From a virus: a stretch of 64,000 bases of DNA. The notes beneath the pieces are model-generated. The model was not told the DNA's origin, did no database searches, and saw only the letters and a list, made by a program, of their open reading frames with translations. This document shows positions 15,370 through 26,005 of this stretch, piece by piece (positions within the stretch are counted from its first letter, which is position 1; each line of letters starts with the position of its first letter). Position numbers and translations under genes: made by a program. Where the stretch lies: the IMG/VR virus record IMGVR_UViG_3300021424_002547, positions 1 to 64,000 of that record; one strand, 5' to 3'.

Positions 15370-15948
15370 ATGAATCCCGTAATCGATCAAGACCAAACAT
15401 TCCGCAAATTCGACTTCAGTTCGCTGATAACAAAGAGAGACGACGCAGAGGCCTGCGGTATAATCAAAGACATAATCGCAGACGGTAATTACTTTACTAA
15501 CAGTCCACGATTCCAGACCAAAGAAAACATATTTGGAAGGCAAGAAGCCGTGTGGTTAAAGTACAGAATGAGTTTTTTGTTTTCTGTTTTTATGTATTTG
15601 GGCCGTGAAGTCCGTGTGTCTAACATGATGGCCTGGTCGTACATGACTAATCTCGAGACGCACGAAGACAGAGATAAACTCTGGCACAATCATTGGCATT
15701 CCCAAAATCCAAATGCCAAAATGCTCAGCGGAGTTTGGTATCTGCACATACCTGAAGATGTCCGAGACCGAGATTACTGTGGCACAGAGATGGCTCCAAA
15801 TGGTCCTGAAAAAGACGGTAAGTTTTTCGTCAGCCCCACAGACGGAAATTGGTTGATTTATCCCAGCAATCAATGGCACAGACCGGGCATTCCACAGAGC
15901 GAAAATTTTAGATTCATCTTGGCTGCGGATGTTCAATATGTTATTTGA
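15370..15948 (+). CDS. 2OG-Fe(II) oxygenase-like protein
   Basis: WHNH..SGVWYL..GTE..IYPS..WHRP..RFILAAD. Confidence 0.7.
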   Translation: MNPVIDQDQTFRKFDFSSLITKRDDAEACGIIKDIIADGNYFTNSPRFQTKENIFGRQEAVWLKYRMSFLFSVFMYLGREVRVSNMMAWSYMTNLETHEDRDKLWHNHWHSQNPNAKMLSGVWYLHIPEDVRDRDYCGTEMAPNGPEKDGKFFVSPTDGNWLIYPSNQWHRPGIPQSENFRFILAADVQYVI

Positions 15949-15981
15949 AATTAATAACCTAAAATTTTAGAATAATCAGGA

Positions 15982-16497
15982 ATGGAAACGGAATTATTTT
16001 ACTATATAGATAATCAATGTAATATTCTACACGAAATACATGATTACATCCAAAATGGTGTCACATGGTCCTGGGTACCTTTCGTATATACCTGCAAAGA
16101 TTTTAAGAAAAATTTCAGCCAGCATTTTATTGATAAAGATAATTTTTTACGATCATTACAAGAACATTTTAGAGAAACACATTTACACTTATACAAATTT
16201 CCATCTATGACCTTTTATACATGGCACAAAGACAAAAACGTAGGATGTTCACTTAACATGGTACTAGATGATTACAATTCTAAAACTATTTTTATGCCTG
16301 ACCCCGGAAAAAAATTATTGAATGATATAGTAGAATTAAAATATCAAAAATATAAATGGTATCTTTTCAATTCTCAAATTACTCATTCAGTAATAAATCT
16401 AGACACCAGAGATAGAATTCTACTAACTCTAACCTTTCCATTAAAAACCAAATTTTGTCAGGTAAAATCTTTTATTCAGACGGATTTAAATATATAA
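15982..16497 (+). CDS. 2OG-Fe(II) oxygenase/cupin-like protein
   Basis: WHKD...THSV.N...R. Confidence 0.6.
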   Translation: METELFYYIDNQCNILHEIHDYIQNGVTWSWVPFVYTCKDFKKNFSQHFIDKDNFLRSLQEHFRETHLHLYKFPSMTFYTWHKDKNVGCSLNMVLDDYNSKTIFMPDPGKKLLNDIVELKYQKYKWYLFNSQITHSVINLDTRDRILLTLTFPLKTKFCQVKSFIQTDLNI

Positions 16498-16516
16498 GTA
16501 TTAATAAGGATAAATT

Positions 16517-17347
16517 ATGAAAAATTTTATTTTAATTTTATTATTGTTGTCATCTACTATATCATTAGCAAGCGCTAACGAAAAATGCACACTGTTAATT
16601 CCTTTCCCCCCCGGGGGTGCTAGCGAAATAAATGCTAGAAGTTTACAAATAGGTAATAGTAATATTGGTATTGAATACAAACCAGGAGCTTATGGGAATA
16701 GTGCAATCAATTATATGAACAAATCTAAGAATACATTTTTATTATCACCTGCTATGATGTATTCAGCAAATAATCCTAATAAGGATCTCAATGTGAAGAT
16801 GAATAGAATAGTGTTCGGATCATCAGTTAAAATTATTACTATCAAGAACTACACTCTGAATGACCTTTTGACTAAACCTCTAAAAATAGGCATCCATAAC
16901 CCAGGCAGTCAATTTGAAGCATTTGCTAAAGAAATTAAAAACAAAAATACAAAAATCATAATCGTAATAACTGGAAGTGATGTAAAGGCTCTTCCGATGA
17001 TAATGAATGGAGATTTAGATGTTTATTTTAGCACAGGTCCAAATGTTGACGCATGGACGAAAATGTTTGATAACATAAAAGTAATCGGTGAAATACCATT
17101 CAATGAGACTATTAATATAGGTGAAATAAAATTAAAAAATCTTTCGTTTGCTGCTATCTTTACGAATAAAGGGTTAACAAAAGAAGAAGAAATAATTATT
17201 GATAACTGTTTAGACCAGGCCACTAACAATCAAAAGTTCAGCGAGTATGTTATTAAGAATAATATTCCTCATCTCAAAGTAGACAAAAATGTTAGTACAA
17301 ATCTCTTAGAAGAATATATAAAATATCTTCAGAATTATGGATTATAA
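16517..17347 (+). CDS. TctC/Bug-like substrate-binding protein (divergent)
   Basis: Signal peptide, PFPPGGASE..AR, KPGA.G; adjacent to tctBA. Confidence 0.7.
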   Translation: MKNFILILLLLSSTISLASANEKCTLLIPFPPGGASEINARSLQIGNSNIGIEYKPGAYGNSAINYMNKSKNTFLLSPAMMYSANNPNKDLNVKMNRIVFGSSVKIITIKNYTLNDLLTKPLKIGIHNPGSQFEAFAKEIKNKNTKIIIVITGSDVKALPMIMNGDLDVYFSTGPNVDAWTKMFDNIKVIGEIPFNETINIGEIKLKNLSFAAIFTNKGLTKEEEIIIDNCLDQATNNQKFSEYVIKNNIPHLKVDKNVSTNLLEEYIKYLQNYGL

Positions 17348-17350
17348 AAA

Positions 17351-17542
17351 ATGAATAACATAAAAAACATTACGACCGGTGTTTTATTTTTAATTATCGG
17401 TATTACTTTTTTAATATATTCTTTACATTACAATATAGGGAACATAGCAGATATAGGCACAGGTTTTTTTCCCTTAATAATATCTATTCTTCTTTCATTA
17501 ACAGGATCAATTTTAATTTTTAAAAATGTTAAATGGAACTAA
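17351..17542 (+). CDS. TctB-like small membrane subunit (short)
   Basis: Two TM helices with G.GFFP loop. Confidence 0.65.
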   Translation: MNNIKNITTGVLFLIIGITFLIYSLHYNIGNIADIGTGFFPLIISILLSLTGSILIFKNVKWN

Positions 17543-19020
17543 TTAGTGGTGTTTCTCTAGGAGTCTTGCATTTTTTTACTCTCGATAACATTTTACTCTG
17601 TTTCGCAGGAGTATTCATTGGAACATTTGTAGGAGTTCTTCCTGGTCTAGGAAGTTTAGCAACTTTATCTATCCTTCTGCCTATTACGTTTTACATTTCT
17701 TCCCCATTGTCATCAATTGTTTTTCTGGCAGGAGTATATTACGGAAGCCAATATGGTGGATCTGTTTCATCTATATTAATGAATTTACCTGGAGAACCAA
17801 GCTCAGTCATTACTACAATAGATGGATATCCGATGACTAAAAATAATCAAGCAGGCTCAGCATTATCAATATCAGTCATTGGATCTTTTATCGCGGGCAC
17901 TATTTCTACATTTTTAATTATTATTTTAGGGGGTTGGATAGCAAAAGTATCATTAATATTTGGACCGGTCGAATACACAATGTTTATGATCATGTGTTTA
18001 TTATTATCTATTATATTTGCTAATAATAATAATTTTTACAAATCCTTAGGAGTAGTTTGTATCGGAATTCTATTAGGATTAATAGGAGTAGATAATAATT
18101 CTGGTCAAGAAAGATTTACCTTTGGTCTTATAGATTTATATGATGGATTACAAATTGCCATCATCGCTATGGGAGTTTTTGGTCTTGGTGAAATTCTTTA
18201 TAATTTTTTCCACGCGAAAACTTCTTTAAAAATACCTCATATCCAAAAAATTTATCCAGATAGATCTGATATCAATAAATCTATTCGCCCTATATTAAGA
18301 GGAACTTTTATAGGATCAATTTTAGGATTTTTGCCAGGAATAGGACCGCTGATAACATCTTACATTAGCTATTATGCAGAAAAATATTTTAGCAAAACTC
18401 CAGAAAAATTTGGTAAAGGGGCAATAGAAGGAGTGGCATCTCCGGAAAGTGCTAACAATGCCGCATCTCAGACTAACTTCGTTCCAACTTTGGCATTAGG
18501 AATACCAACTACTCCAGCTATGTCTATCATCTTAGCTGTATTAATAATAAACGGAATAGCAGTTGGTCCAACTCTGGTTCAAAATAATTCTGAAATTTTT
18601 TGGGGATTAATAGTTTCTATGTGGGTAGGTAATTTATTTTTATTAATACTTAATTTACCATTAATTGGAATATGGATATCTATTTTGAAAATTCCTCAAA
18701 AAATGCTATTCTCTTTTATAGTAATAACCTGCTTCTTCGGAGCTTATATAATATCAAACAACCTATTCGGATTTTATATATTAATATTTTCGGCCATACT
18801 TGGATATATTTTAAAATTTTTAGATTGCGATTTATCACCTTTAGTAATAGGATTCCTTATCGGAAGATTATTTGAAGAATATTTTCGAAAATCGCTTATG
18901 CTAAGTGACGGAAGCCTAATGATTTTTATAGATAAACCTATCTCTTTTTCAATTATTATCCTGACAATGATTTTTATATCTATAAAATTGTGGCTATATA
19001 CAAAGTCTATTAGTAAATAA
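17533..19020 (+). CDS. tctA: tripartite tricarboxylate transporter permease
   Basis: GVLPGLG, YYGSQYGGS..SIL.NLPGE, DGYPM, PESANNA, LGIP. Confidence 0.92.
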   Translation: MELISGVSLGVLHFFTLDNILLCFAGVFIGTFVGVLPGLGSLATLSILLPITFYISSPLSSIVFLAGVYYGSQYGGSVSSILMNLPGEPSSVITTIDGYPMTKNNQAGSALSISVIGSFIAGTISTFLIIILGGWIAKVSLIFGPVEYTMFMIMCLLLSIIFANNNNFYKSLGVVCIGILLGLIGVDNNSGQERFTFGLIDLYDGLQIAIIAMGVFGLGEILYNFFHAKTSLKIPHIQKIYPDRSDINKSIRPILRGTFIGSILGFLPGIGPLITSYISYYAEKYFSKTPEKFGKGAIEGVASPESANNAASQTNFVPTLALGIPTTPAMSIILAVLIINGIAVGPTLVQNNSEIFWGLIVSMWVGNLFLLILNLPLIGIWISILKIPQKMLFSFIVITCFFGAYIISNNLFGFYILIFSAILGYILKFLDCDLSPLVIGFLIGRLFEEYFRKSLMLSDGSLMIFIDKPISFSIIILTMIFISIKLWLYTKSISK

Positions 19021-19024
19021 AATT

Positions 19025-20218
19025 ATGATTTATGATTATCAAACAGCCGTTAATCTATCAATGTTAAAAAAAAGAGGATTCTGGCAAGTGAACCAGAAAT
19101 GTTTTTTTAACAAAATTGAATGTTTAAAATACGCTAACAAAATTTGTAATAATCAGATTAGATTTCATCTTTTTGATGAAATCTATAATTCTTTCGATTG
19201 GAAAAAAGAAATAAACGATTCTATCGATGATATCTATAAACAACGTGCTATTCAACTCAGAGACAACTATAGATATCTAGCTTTGGCTATAAGTGGGGGT
19301 GCAGATTCTACAAATATGCTAATGAGTTTTTTAAAAAATAATATTAAAGTTGACGAAATAATTTGTTCATTTCCAATTAAGGCTATAGAAAAATATATAA
19401 AAAATTTTGATCCTAGAGACGATGATCCTAAAAATTACATGTTTGAATATACTCATGCTGCATATCCATTGATAAAATATGTTAACACGTATTATCCTGG
19501 AATAAAAATTACTGTATTAGATTACATAGACGAAACTTTAGAAATTATAAAAAACAATGAATTTCATAAATTTTCACAAAGTGGAGTACTCTTATCTGTA
19601 GCAACAGGTTGGCAATACAGTATTTTTTCTCATTTAAAAAACAAAAACAAAGCCGCTATAGTTTACGGTATAGATAAACCCAGGATAAGATTCAACCGAG
19701 AAAATAAAAAATTCGAAAGTTTTTTTATAGACATCAACGGTGTGTACGGTCATTTTGATGAGTTAAACTTTGAATACGTTCCGCAGGTAGAATATTTTTA
19801 TTATACCCCCGACATGCCACAAATAGTAATAAAACAATCTCAGCTTATCAAACAATATATAGAAAATATATTACTATCAAAGAATATCTATCAATGTAAA
19901 GATTTATGTTTAGAAAATCCTCAAGGTAATAAAAATCTTAAAATTGTGTTTAATGTTCATTCAGATCCAATAAAAAAAATATTATACAAAGATTGGAATA
20001 CTGAAGTGTTCCAGGTTAAAAAAATATTCAGTATGTATTATTCAGAAGTAGGATATTGGTTTTATAAAGATAATTATATTGATGATAAAATTAAAAAATA
20101 TCATCAAGGACAATTAAATGAAATTCTGCATGGTGTAAATTATAATTTTTTAACTTTTGATTCAGATAACCGGCCTAGTCAATTGAAAGTTATATCTACG
20201 ATGTCCTATGATTTATAA
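19025..20218 (+). CDS. PP-loop (adenine nucleotide alpha hydrolase) family protein, paralogue 1
   Basis: SGGADS, G.DKP, EYFYY.PD....KQ. Confidence 0.75.
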   Translation: MIYDYQTAVNLSMLKKRGFWQVNQKCFFNKIECLKYANKICNNQIRFHLFDEIYNSFDWKKEINDSIDDIYKQRAIQLRDNYRYLALAISGGADSTNMLMSFLKNNIKVDEIICSFPIKAIEKYIKNFDPRDDDPKNYMFEYTHAAYPLIKYVNTYYPGIKITVLDYIDETLEIIKNNEFHKFSQSGVLLSVATGWQYSIFSHLKNKNKAAIVYGIDKPRIRFNRENKKFESFFIDINGVYGHFDELNFEYVPQVEYFYYTPDMPQIVIKQSQLIKQYIENILLSKNIYQCKDLCLENPQGNKNLKIVFNVHSDPIKKILYKDWNTEVFQVKKIFSMYYSEVGYWFYKDNYIDDKIKKYHQGQLNEILHGVNYNFLTFDSDNRPSQLKVISTMSYDL

Positions 20219-20221
20219 AAA

Positions 20222-21103
20222 TCAACCAAACATTAATTTTTTTACGATATCCTCAACTCTAAGCACTTCCCCTATCTCATCTACCGCTTTACCTAAATAG
20301 ATATGGCCACCAGATGTTGGATCTTTTATTCCGATATTTAAACCATTTGATTGATTCATATTGTCTTTTTGATCTATTGATCCGAAAAACAGACCTTGCT
20401 GTTTAAATTTACCAATACGTGTTAAATCTCTATACGTAGAATTTACAATTTTATCTTTAGTTTCATCGCTAACAGGACTTTCTAGTGAAGCAGCGAACAG
20501 ACTCCCTATACCGACTAAATCTGCTCCTGCTGATAATACTGTTTCAATATCAGATTTATTTGTTATTCCCCCAGAGGCAATTATTGTTAAATTTGGATGT
20601 GCTTTTCTTAGAGCTATCGTCATATCTATAAGAGATTCACCATCCGGAATAGATCTTCCGGCGCCTAATGGACCTTTAAGAATCACTGCATCACAGCGCA
20701 TTAATGGCGTTGAATACATACACTTAATTATTAATCTAAAATTTAAATTATTTTTTATCTTTTTGATAGAATCAAAAGTGCTGGGATTAACATCTTGGCA
20801 TAATTCTATATACTGTAAATCATATTTTTTAATTAAATTTTGTACTTTAATATCAAAAAGATGATTAGCACTCATGCTAATTATTAATTCTCCGCTGTTA
20901 GTCTGTTCAACGAAAATTTTTACATCTTCTTCGAATTTTTGTAAATCATAATCAGAGATCTGTAGATTATCAGTATAATAGTTATAAAAAGAAATACTAG
21001 GAATTATTCCCGCGTTGTAACAAGCCAACGCCAAATTTAAATTAGATACCGAATTCATCGCTACCGCAACTATGGGATATCTACAGTTAAAAAATTTATA
21101 CAT
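20222..21103 (-). CDS. nitronate monooxygenase/FabK-like flavoprotein
   Basis: YPIV..AMN.VS, IIASGGI, GAD.V.IGSLFAAS.ES. Confidence 0.75.
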   Translation of the reverse strand: MYKFFNCRYPIVAVAMNSVSNLNLALACYNAGIIPSISFYNYYTDNLQISDYDLQKFEEDVKIFVEQTNSGELIISMSANHLFDIKVQNLIKKYDLQYIELCQDVNPSTFDSIKKIKNNLNFRLIIKCMYSTPLMRCDAVILKGPLGAGRSIPDGESLIDMTIALRKAHPNLTIIASGGITNKSDIETVLSAGADLVGIGSLFAASLESPVSDETKDKIVNSTYRDLTRIGKFKQQGLFFGSIDQKDNMNQSNGLNIGIKDPTSGGHIYLGKAVDEIGEVLRVEDIVKKLMFG

Positions 21104-21146
21104 ATAAAATATTTGATTAAGATGTAGTATTTAATAAATATCCCAT

Positions 21147-22334
21147 ATGATAAACAACAAATTAGGATACTATGCAATTGATAAATGTCTATATGATTCT
21201 AAAATTCTAGCCTGTATAGAGGGGACGAAATCTAATAAAGATATAAAATGGATATTCAACAATGATGTATTTGAAAAATATAATTGGACTGTAGAACCTG
21301 ATTTTACGCTAGACCAGTTGTACGACAAAAGATCTAGACAATTACGAGAAATGTATGACTATATCATCATAAGCTATAGTGGCGGAGCGGACAGTCATAA
21401 CATAGTTGAAAGTTTTATTCGTCAAGGATTACATATAGACGAACTAATAATCAACACGATGGAAAAAGGTAATAGTAAATTTACAATACTCGATCCTAAG
21501 ATAAAGAATCCCGAAAATGCCGCGTCAGAACACTATTTGCAAACTATACCTCGATTAAACGAAATCAAAAATAGATCACCAAAGACAAAAATAACTATCT
21601 TAGATCTTACTGATCATCTTTTCACACATTGGTTATCTAACAATGATGCATCGTGGATTCTAAACAAAAAAGAAGGACTCAATCCGTTAAATGTCACTAG
21701 GTTTAATTATCTCCATTTCAACGAAGTAAGGAAAAAATTTGATAAAGATAAAAAAATTGCAGTTATTTTAGGGATTGAAAAACCTCGAACGTTCATCCAT
21801 TCTAATAATAAATTTTACTTAAGATTTACTGATCGTGCTGCTAATATCGTTGGTATAGCAGATTATTTCAAAGATTACGTTAATTCAACCGTAGAATTTT
21901 TTTATTGGAGTCCTGACAGTTGCGATATACTATGTAAACAAGCACATATAATTAAACGTTGGCTAGAAAAAGACCCAATAAATTATTCTATATGGTTCCA
22001 TAAAAACATGACTAAACATATGTATAGATTAGTTCATGAAAGAATTTTGAGAACATTAATTTATACTACATGGGATAACACATGGTTTCAGTGCGATAAA
22101 GCAACCAAAGATTGGTATAGTGAATTTGATTCTTGGTTTATTAACAATCTTTCTGGAACTGATCATCATAATGTTTGGCTAGAAGGAATTAGATATGTGG
22201 AAAAGTATGCAGCTAAATTTGTTAACATAGATGATAACAAAGCCGATGGTTTAATAACTTTTTCATATAATTATTTCATAGGACAAATGAATCCTTCTAT
22301 CGATTTAAAAAAAATATACAATCCAGTTTACTAA
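21147..22334 (+). CDS. PP-loop family protein, paralogue 2
   Basis: YSGGADS, GIEKP, EFFYWSPD....KQAH. Confidence 0.75.
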   Translation: MINNKLGYYAIDKCLYDSKILACIEGTKSNKDIKWIFNNDVFEKYNWTVEPDFTLDQLYDKRSRQLREMYDYIIISYSGGADSHNIVESFIRQGLHIDELIINTMEKGNSKFTILDPKIKNPENAASEHYLQTIPRLNEIKNRSPKTKITILDLTDHLFTHWLSNNDASWILNKKEGLNPLNVTRFNYLHFNEVRKKFDKDKKIAVILGIEKPRTFIHSNNKFYLRFTDRAANIVGIADYFKDYVNSTVEFFYWSPDSCDILCKQAHIIKRWLEKDPINYSIWFHKNMTKHMYRLVHERILRTLIYTTWDNTWFQCDKATKDWYSEFDSWFINNLSGTDHHNVWLEGIRYVEKYAAKFVNIDDNKADGLITFSYNYFIGQMNPSIDLKKIYNPVY

Positions 22335-22342
22335 GGCGGCAT

Positions 22343-23284
22343 ATGAAACTATATAATCTTTTTTTAAATATTGCTAAAAAATTTCCATCAAAACGAGCCG
22401 TTAATGATTGTTCATTTAACGATTTGTTAAATTTGATCCACAACAATGAATACAAACTTATTTCATCGGCAGTAGATGAGAATATTATCATCGATATTCT
22501 GCATGCGTCTTATAGGAATTTACCGTTAATTATTCCTCCAAAATATGATTCTGATAATATATTAATACCGGATGATTTAAATAATGTGTTTGAATTATAT
22601 CTTTATAGTAGCGGTAGCACGGGCACTATTAGAAAAGCAATAAAAATCCCCGAAGATATGATTTTAAAAAATTCAGAAATAGCTATTAATTCACAAAAAT
22701 TATCTGTTGATGATAATATCTTCACAGTCTGTTCGTTAAATCACACCGGTGGAATCAATGCTCAAACACTTCCTGCGTTATTAGCAGGATCAAGTGTAAT
22801 CATTAAAAAATTTAATGGATTCTCATTTTTTAAAGACGTTAAAAATTACAATATAACTAAGACTCATTTAGTTCCTGCAATGATAGACACATTAATTAAG
22901 TTAAATAATTTTCAATCAAACATGTTAAAATTAGTTGTAGCAGGTAGCGATTGTATTAAAAAAGAACATGTAGATTTTTTTTTACAAAATGGTGTCAATT
23001 TTATGTGTAACTACGGCTTGACTGAAGCTGGTCCTATTATAATAAATCACATCTTCAGTGAAAGAACAGAATTAGAAATTTTTGATCAAGGTATTCCGTT
23101 AGGAGATAAATGCTGGTGTGACTTTACGATTTTAAACTCAGAACTTATTTTAAAAGGAAAAAATGTGCATAAAGACGGATGGCTTCATACGGGCGATTGT
23201 GTTCATAAAATCAATGATTGGATATTTTACAATGGAAGAAAAACACATGGTTGTAAAATAATACCAAAGAAATACAGAATGTAA
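22343..23284 (+). CDS. AMP-dependent synthetase/acyl-CoA ligase (truncated type)
   Basis: YSSGSTG, YGLTE, WLHTGD. Confidence 0.85.
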   Translation: MKLYNLFLNIAKKFPSKRAVNDCSFNDLLNLIHNNEYKLISSAVDENIIIDILHASYRNLPLIIPPKYDSDNILIPDDLNNVFELYLYSSGSTGTIRKAIKIPEDMILKNSEIAINSQKLSVDDNIFTVCSLNHTGGINAQTLPALLAGSSVIIKKFNGFSFFKDVKNYNITKTHLVPAMIDTLIKLNNFQSNMLKLVVAGSDCIKKEHVDFFLQNGVNFMCNYGLTEAGPIIINHIFSERTELEIFDQGIPLGDKCWCDFTILNSELILKGKNVHKDGWLHTGDCVHKINDWIFYNGRKTHGCKIIPKKYRM

Positions 23285-23300
23285 TTGGAAAAATAATAAA

Positions 23301-24623
23301 ATGGCCTATAACATAGAAAGCTTCTGCCCGGAATTATGGTCTCAATTAGAAATTGATTTTTCAGGAGATTTTAAATTGTGCTGTTTAGCTAATCTCAGCG
23401 ACGATTTTGGAATGGCTAGAGATGATAATGACAGGGTGATGAATATTCTTACGGATTCTATAGAAGAGGCTATTAATAGCAAGACACATAAAGAACATAG
23501 ATTATGGCTGAAAGATAATATCAAACCTACTAGATGCAGAAATTGTTATGATTCCGAGGAAAGCACTCGCAGAGGTGGTTGGCCGGGTATTAGTAAAAGA
23601 CAACGTGTGCTCACTCAAACTAGTCCTACTATATCAGAATATGTTACAATTCAAAATGTAAATGAACACACTAACGACGACGGTTCTGTAAATTCTAAAG
23701 TCGTGAATTTAGATATAAGATTTAGTAACTTATGTAATCAAAAATGTATTATGTGTGGTCCTAGAGATAGCAGTCTTTGGTACGAAGATTACATAAAAAT
23801 ATCTAAAATTGGTCATAAAATACAAAAAGGCAAATATAAAATTTATCCGTTTGAAAAAGATAATCATGGAAAATTGCACATGCAAGGATTTGATGAATGG
23901 TGGAATAACCCTATATGGTGGGAAAAGTTTGATAAAATATCATCAGATTTAAGATACATTTATTTTACCGGCGGGGAACCATTACTGGTCCCTGCCATGC
24001 AAGAATGTTTAGACAGGTTAATAACTAAGGGATATGCAAAAAATATCCAATTACGGTACGATACCAATTTAAGTGTGCTTAACAATAAAATCATAGATAA
24101 ATGGAAAAACTTCAAAAAAGTAATATTATGTATAAGTTTAGATGATACTAACGAAAGGTTCAACTTAATACGATTTCCCGGAAATTACAATAAATTTATC
24201 GATAATTTAGATTTACTTGTGAAAAATAAAATACCAATAGCCTATCTTTCTGGGTGTATAGGAGTGGCGTCACCGTATTCCGTACAACGAGTTATAGAAA
24301 TAGCCGCTCAATATGATATAGAAGCGTACTTAAGATTTTTAGAAATTCCTACACACTTTGATATAAGACATTTTCCAAAAAATGCTAAGTTAGAAATCAT
24401 AGAAAATTTAGAAAAATTTGATTATGATTATAGATACAAAAAATGGGTATCATCAGAAATTAATATATTAAAAAAATATCTTGATGTTGAGAATCAAAAA
24501 GAAATACAAGAATTTGTAAGAGTAATGGATATATTAGATGTTAGTAGAGGTACTAATTGGAGAGATACATTGTCTGATGTAACTGATCTTATCAAACGCC
24601 ACTGTAAAGATGTTAATTTATGA
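23301..24623 (+). CDS. radical SAM protein with N-terminal twitch/SPASM-like cysteines
   Basis: CNQKCIMC, TGGEP; N-terminal C...CC...CxxC. Confidence 0.88.
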   Translation: MAYNIESFCPELWSQLEIDFSGDFKLCCLANLSDDFGMARDDNDRVMNILTDSIEEAINSKTHKEHRLWLKDNIKPTRCRNCYDSEESTRRGGWPGISKRQRVLTQTSPTISEYVTIQNVNEHTNDDGSVNSKVVNLDIRFSNLCNQKCIMCGPRDSSLWYEDYIKISKIGHKIQKGKYKIYPFEKDNHGKLHMQGFDEWWNNPIWWEKFDKISSDLRYIYFTGGEPLLVPAMQECLDRLITKGYAKNIQLRYDTNLSVLNNKIIDKWKNFKKVILCISLDDTNERFNLIRFPGNYNKFIDNLDLLVKNKIPIAYLSGCIGVASPYSVQRVIEIAAQYDIEAYLRFLEIPTHFDIRHFPKNAKLEIIENLEKFDYDYRYKKWVSSEINILKKYLDVENQKEIQEFVRVMDILDVSRGTNWRDTLSDVTDLIKRHCKDVNL

Positions 24624-25267
24624 CCATAGAAAATATTGCTAAAATAGCTAAAGATGTCAACATTGATTTTCCTTCTAATTGTATACCCTACGTAATAAAT
24701 TGTCTCTACCACGATGAAATATCATCAGAGATAAAATTCGAAGAGATAAGAGATGCATTCCGACTTAAACAAATACAATCAAAAGCTTGGTTACTAAATT
24801 ATATAAAAAAATTTACTATAGATAGCAATGTGGATATCTCTGATAAAAAAATATTAGTCATAGGATCATGGATCGGATTTACTAGTTTTTGTTTAAAAAA
24901 ATTAGGTTTTAATCACATTGATGAAATTGATCCTGATCCGAGGTTAGAAAAGTTTTCAAATTTCCTAAATAGGCATAATCGATTTTTTAAGCATTACACT
25001 GATGACGTTAATAATATAGATATTGAAAATTACGACTATATTGTGAATACCAGCTGCGAACATATCAAAAATAATCAATGGTTTGATAATATCTCAAATC
25101 GCACTTTAATTTTCTTGCACAGCAACAACCTCGAAGGATATGATCATGTTAATATCTGTAAGAATCTTGAAGAAATGATTCTCAAATACAAAATGAATTT
25201 AATGTTTCAAGGAAGACTGGAATTAGGGAATTATGATAGATTCATGTTGATAGGACACAAAGAATGA
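24620..25267 (+). CDS. class I SAM methyltransferase-like protein
   Basis: SK.WL, VIGSWIG, NTSCEH, RFMLIG; paralogue of 46146. Confidence 0.65.
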   Translation: MTIENIAKIAKDVNIDFPSNCIPYVINCLYHDEISSEIKFEEIRDAFRLKQIQSKAWLLNYIKKFTIDSNVDISDKKILVIGSWIGFTSFCLKKLGFNHIDEIDPDPRLEKFSNFLNRHNRFFKHYTDDVNNIDIENYDYIVNTSCEHIKNNQWFDNISNRTLIFLHSNNLEGYDHVNICKNLEEMILKYKMNLMFQGRLELGNYDRFMLIGHKE

Positions 25268-25956
25268 AGTCTATATTTTTGACTGGAGATCATACAAAAT
25301 TAGTTCAAGAATTCTGTGATGAATGTAAAAAGCATGGTTATTTAAATAACAGTTCGTTAAAATTAATGAAATTTAATGGAGAATATGATCTCAAAGAAAT
25401 TCCGTGTTTTTGGGGAATTTACCATGACAAGAAGTTAATTTCAATCAGTGGTTCCCATTGTTGGTATGGACAAGGGGAGCTAGAAGGGGTTCCATTCATG
25501 AGATGCCTTTTTAGGAGTGCTACATTACCAGAATATCAAAAATTAATTAGTGGTCTTAGCAAAAACCATATGAACAGTTTACCTTTCGGCGTACTTCTTC
25601 CTTATCAAATTAACAAAGGTTTACGAGAAGGAGTTGAACATTTCTATATTACTACAAGCAATGGCGATCATGATGCCAGTGGTAAAATGAAAAGGACTCA
25701 CAGAATCTTACAGTTGCTAGAAAAAACGAAAATTGTAAAATATGCAGGAGATGGAATATTTTATAGCACTCCTCAAACTAAATGGGAACTAAATGTGGTA
25801 AACTATTACGAAACTTTAAAAAAATTTCATCCAACTAGATTAAATTACAACATAGATGTCAGCCAAGAATATCTTTCTATTATAGAAAATGGGTTTGAGG
25901 GTGTTTGGAAAGATTTTATGACTCCAAAAAAAACAATAAGCTTAGAAAACTTATAA
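25264..25956 (+). CDS. GNAT-like protein
   Basis: ISISG.H...R.LFR.ATLPEY pattern. Confidence 0.45.
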   Translation: MKSIFLTGDHTKLVQEFCDECKKHGYLNNSSLKLMKFNGEYDLKEIPCFWGIYHDKKLISISGSHCWYGQGELEGVPFMRCLFRSATLPEYQKLISGLSKNHMNSLPFGVLLPYQINKGLREGVEHFYITTSNGDHDASGKMKRTHRILQLLEKTKIVKYAGDGIFYSTPQTKWELNVVNYYETLKKFHPTRLNYNIDVSQEYLSIIENGFEGVWKDFMTPKKTISLENL

Positions 25957-26005
25957 AAATCTATGAAATTAGATAATTAATTAAAAACAATTAATTATAA
26001 TACCT

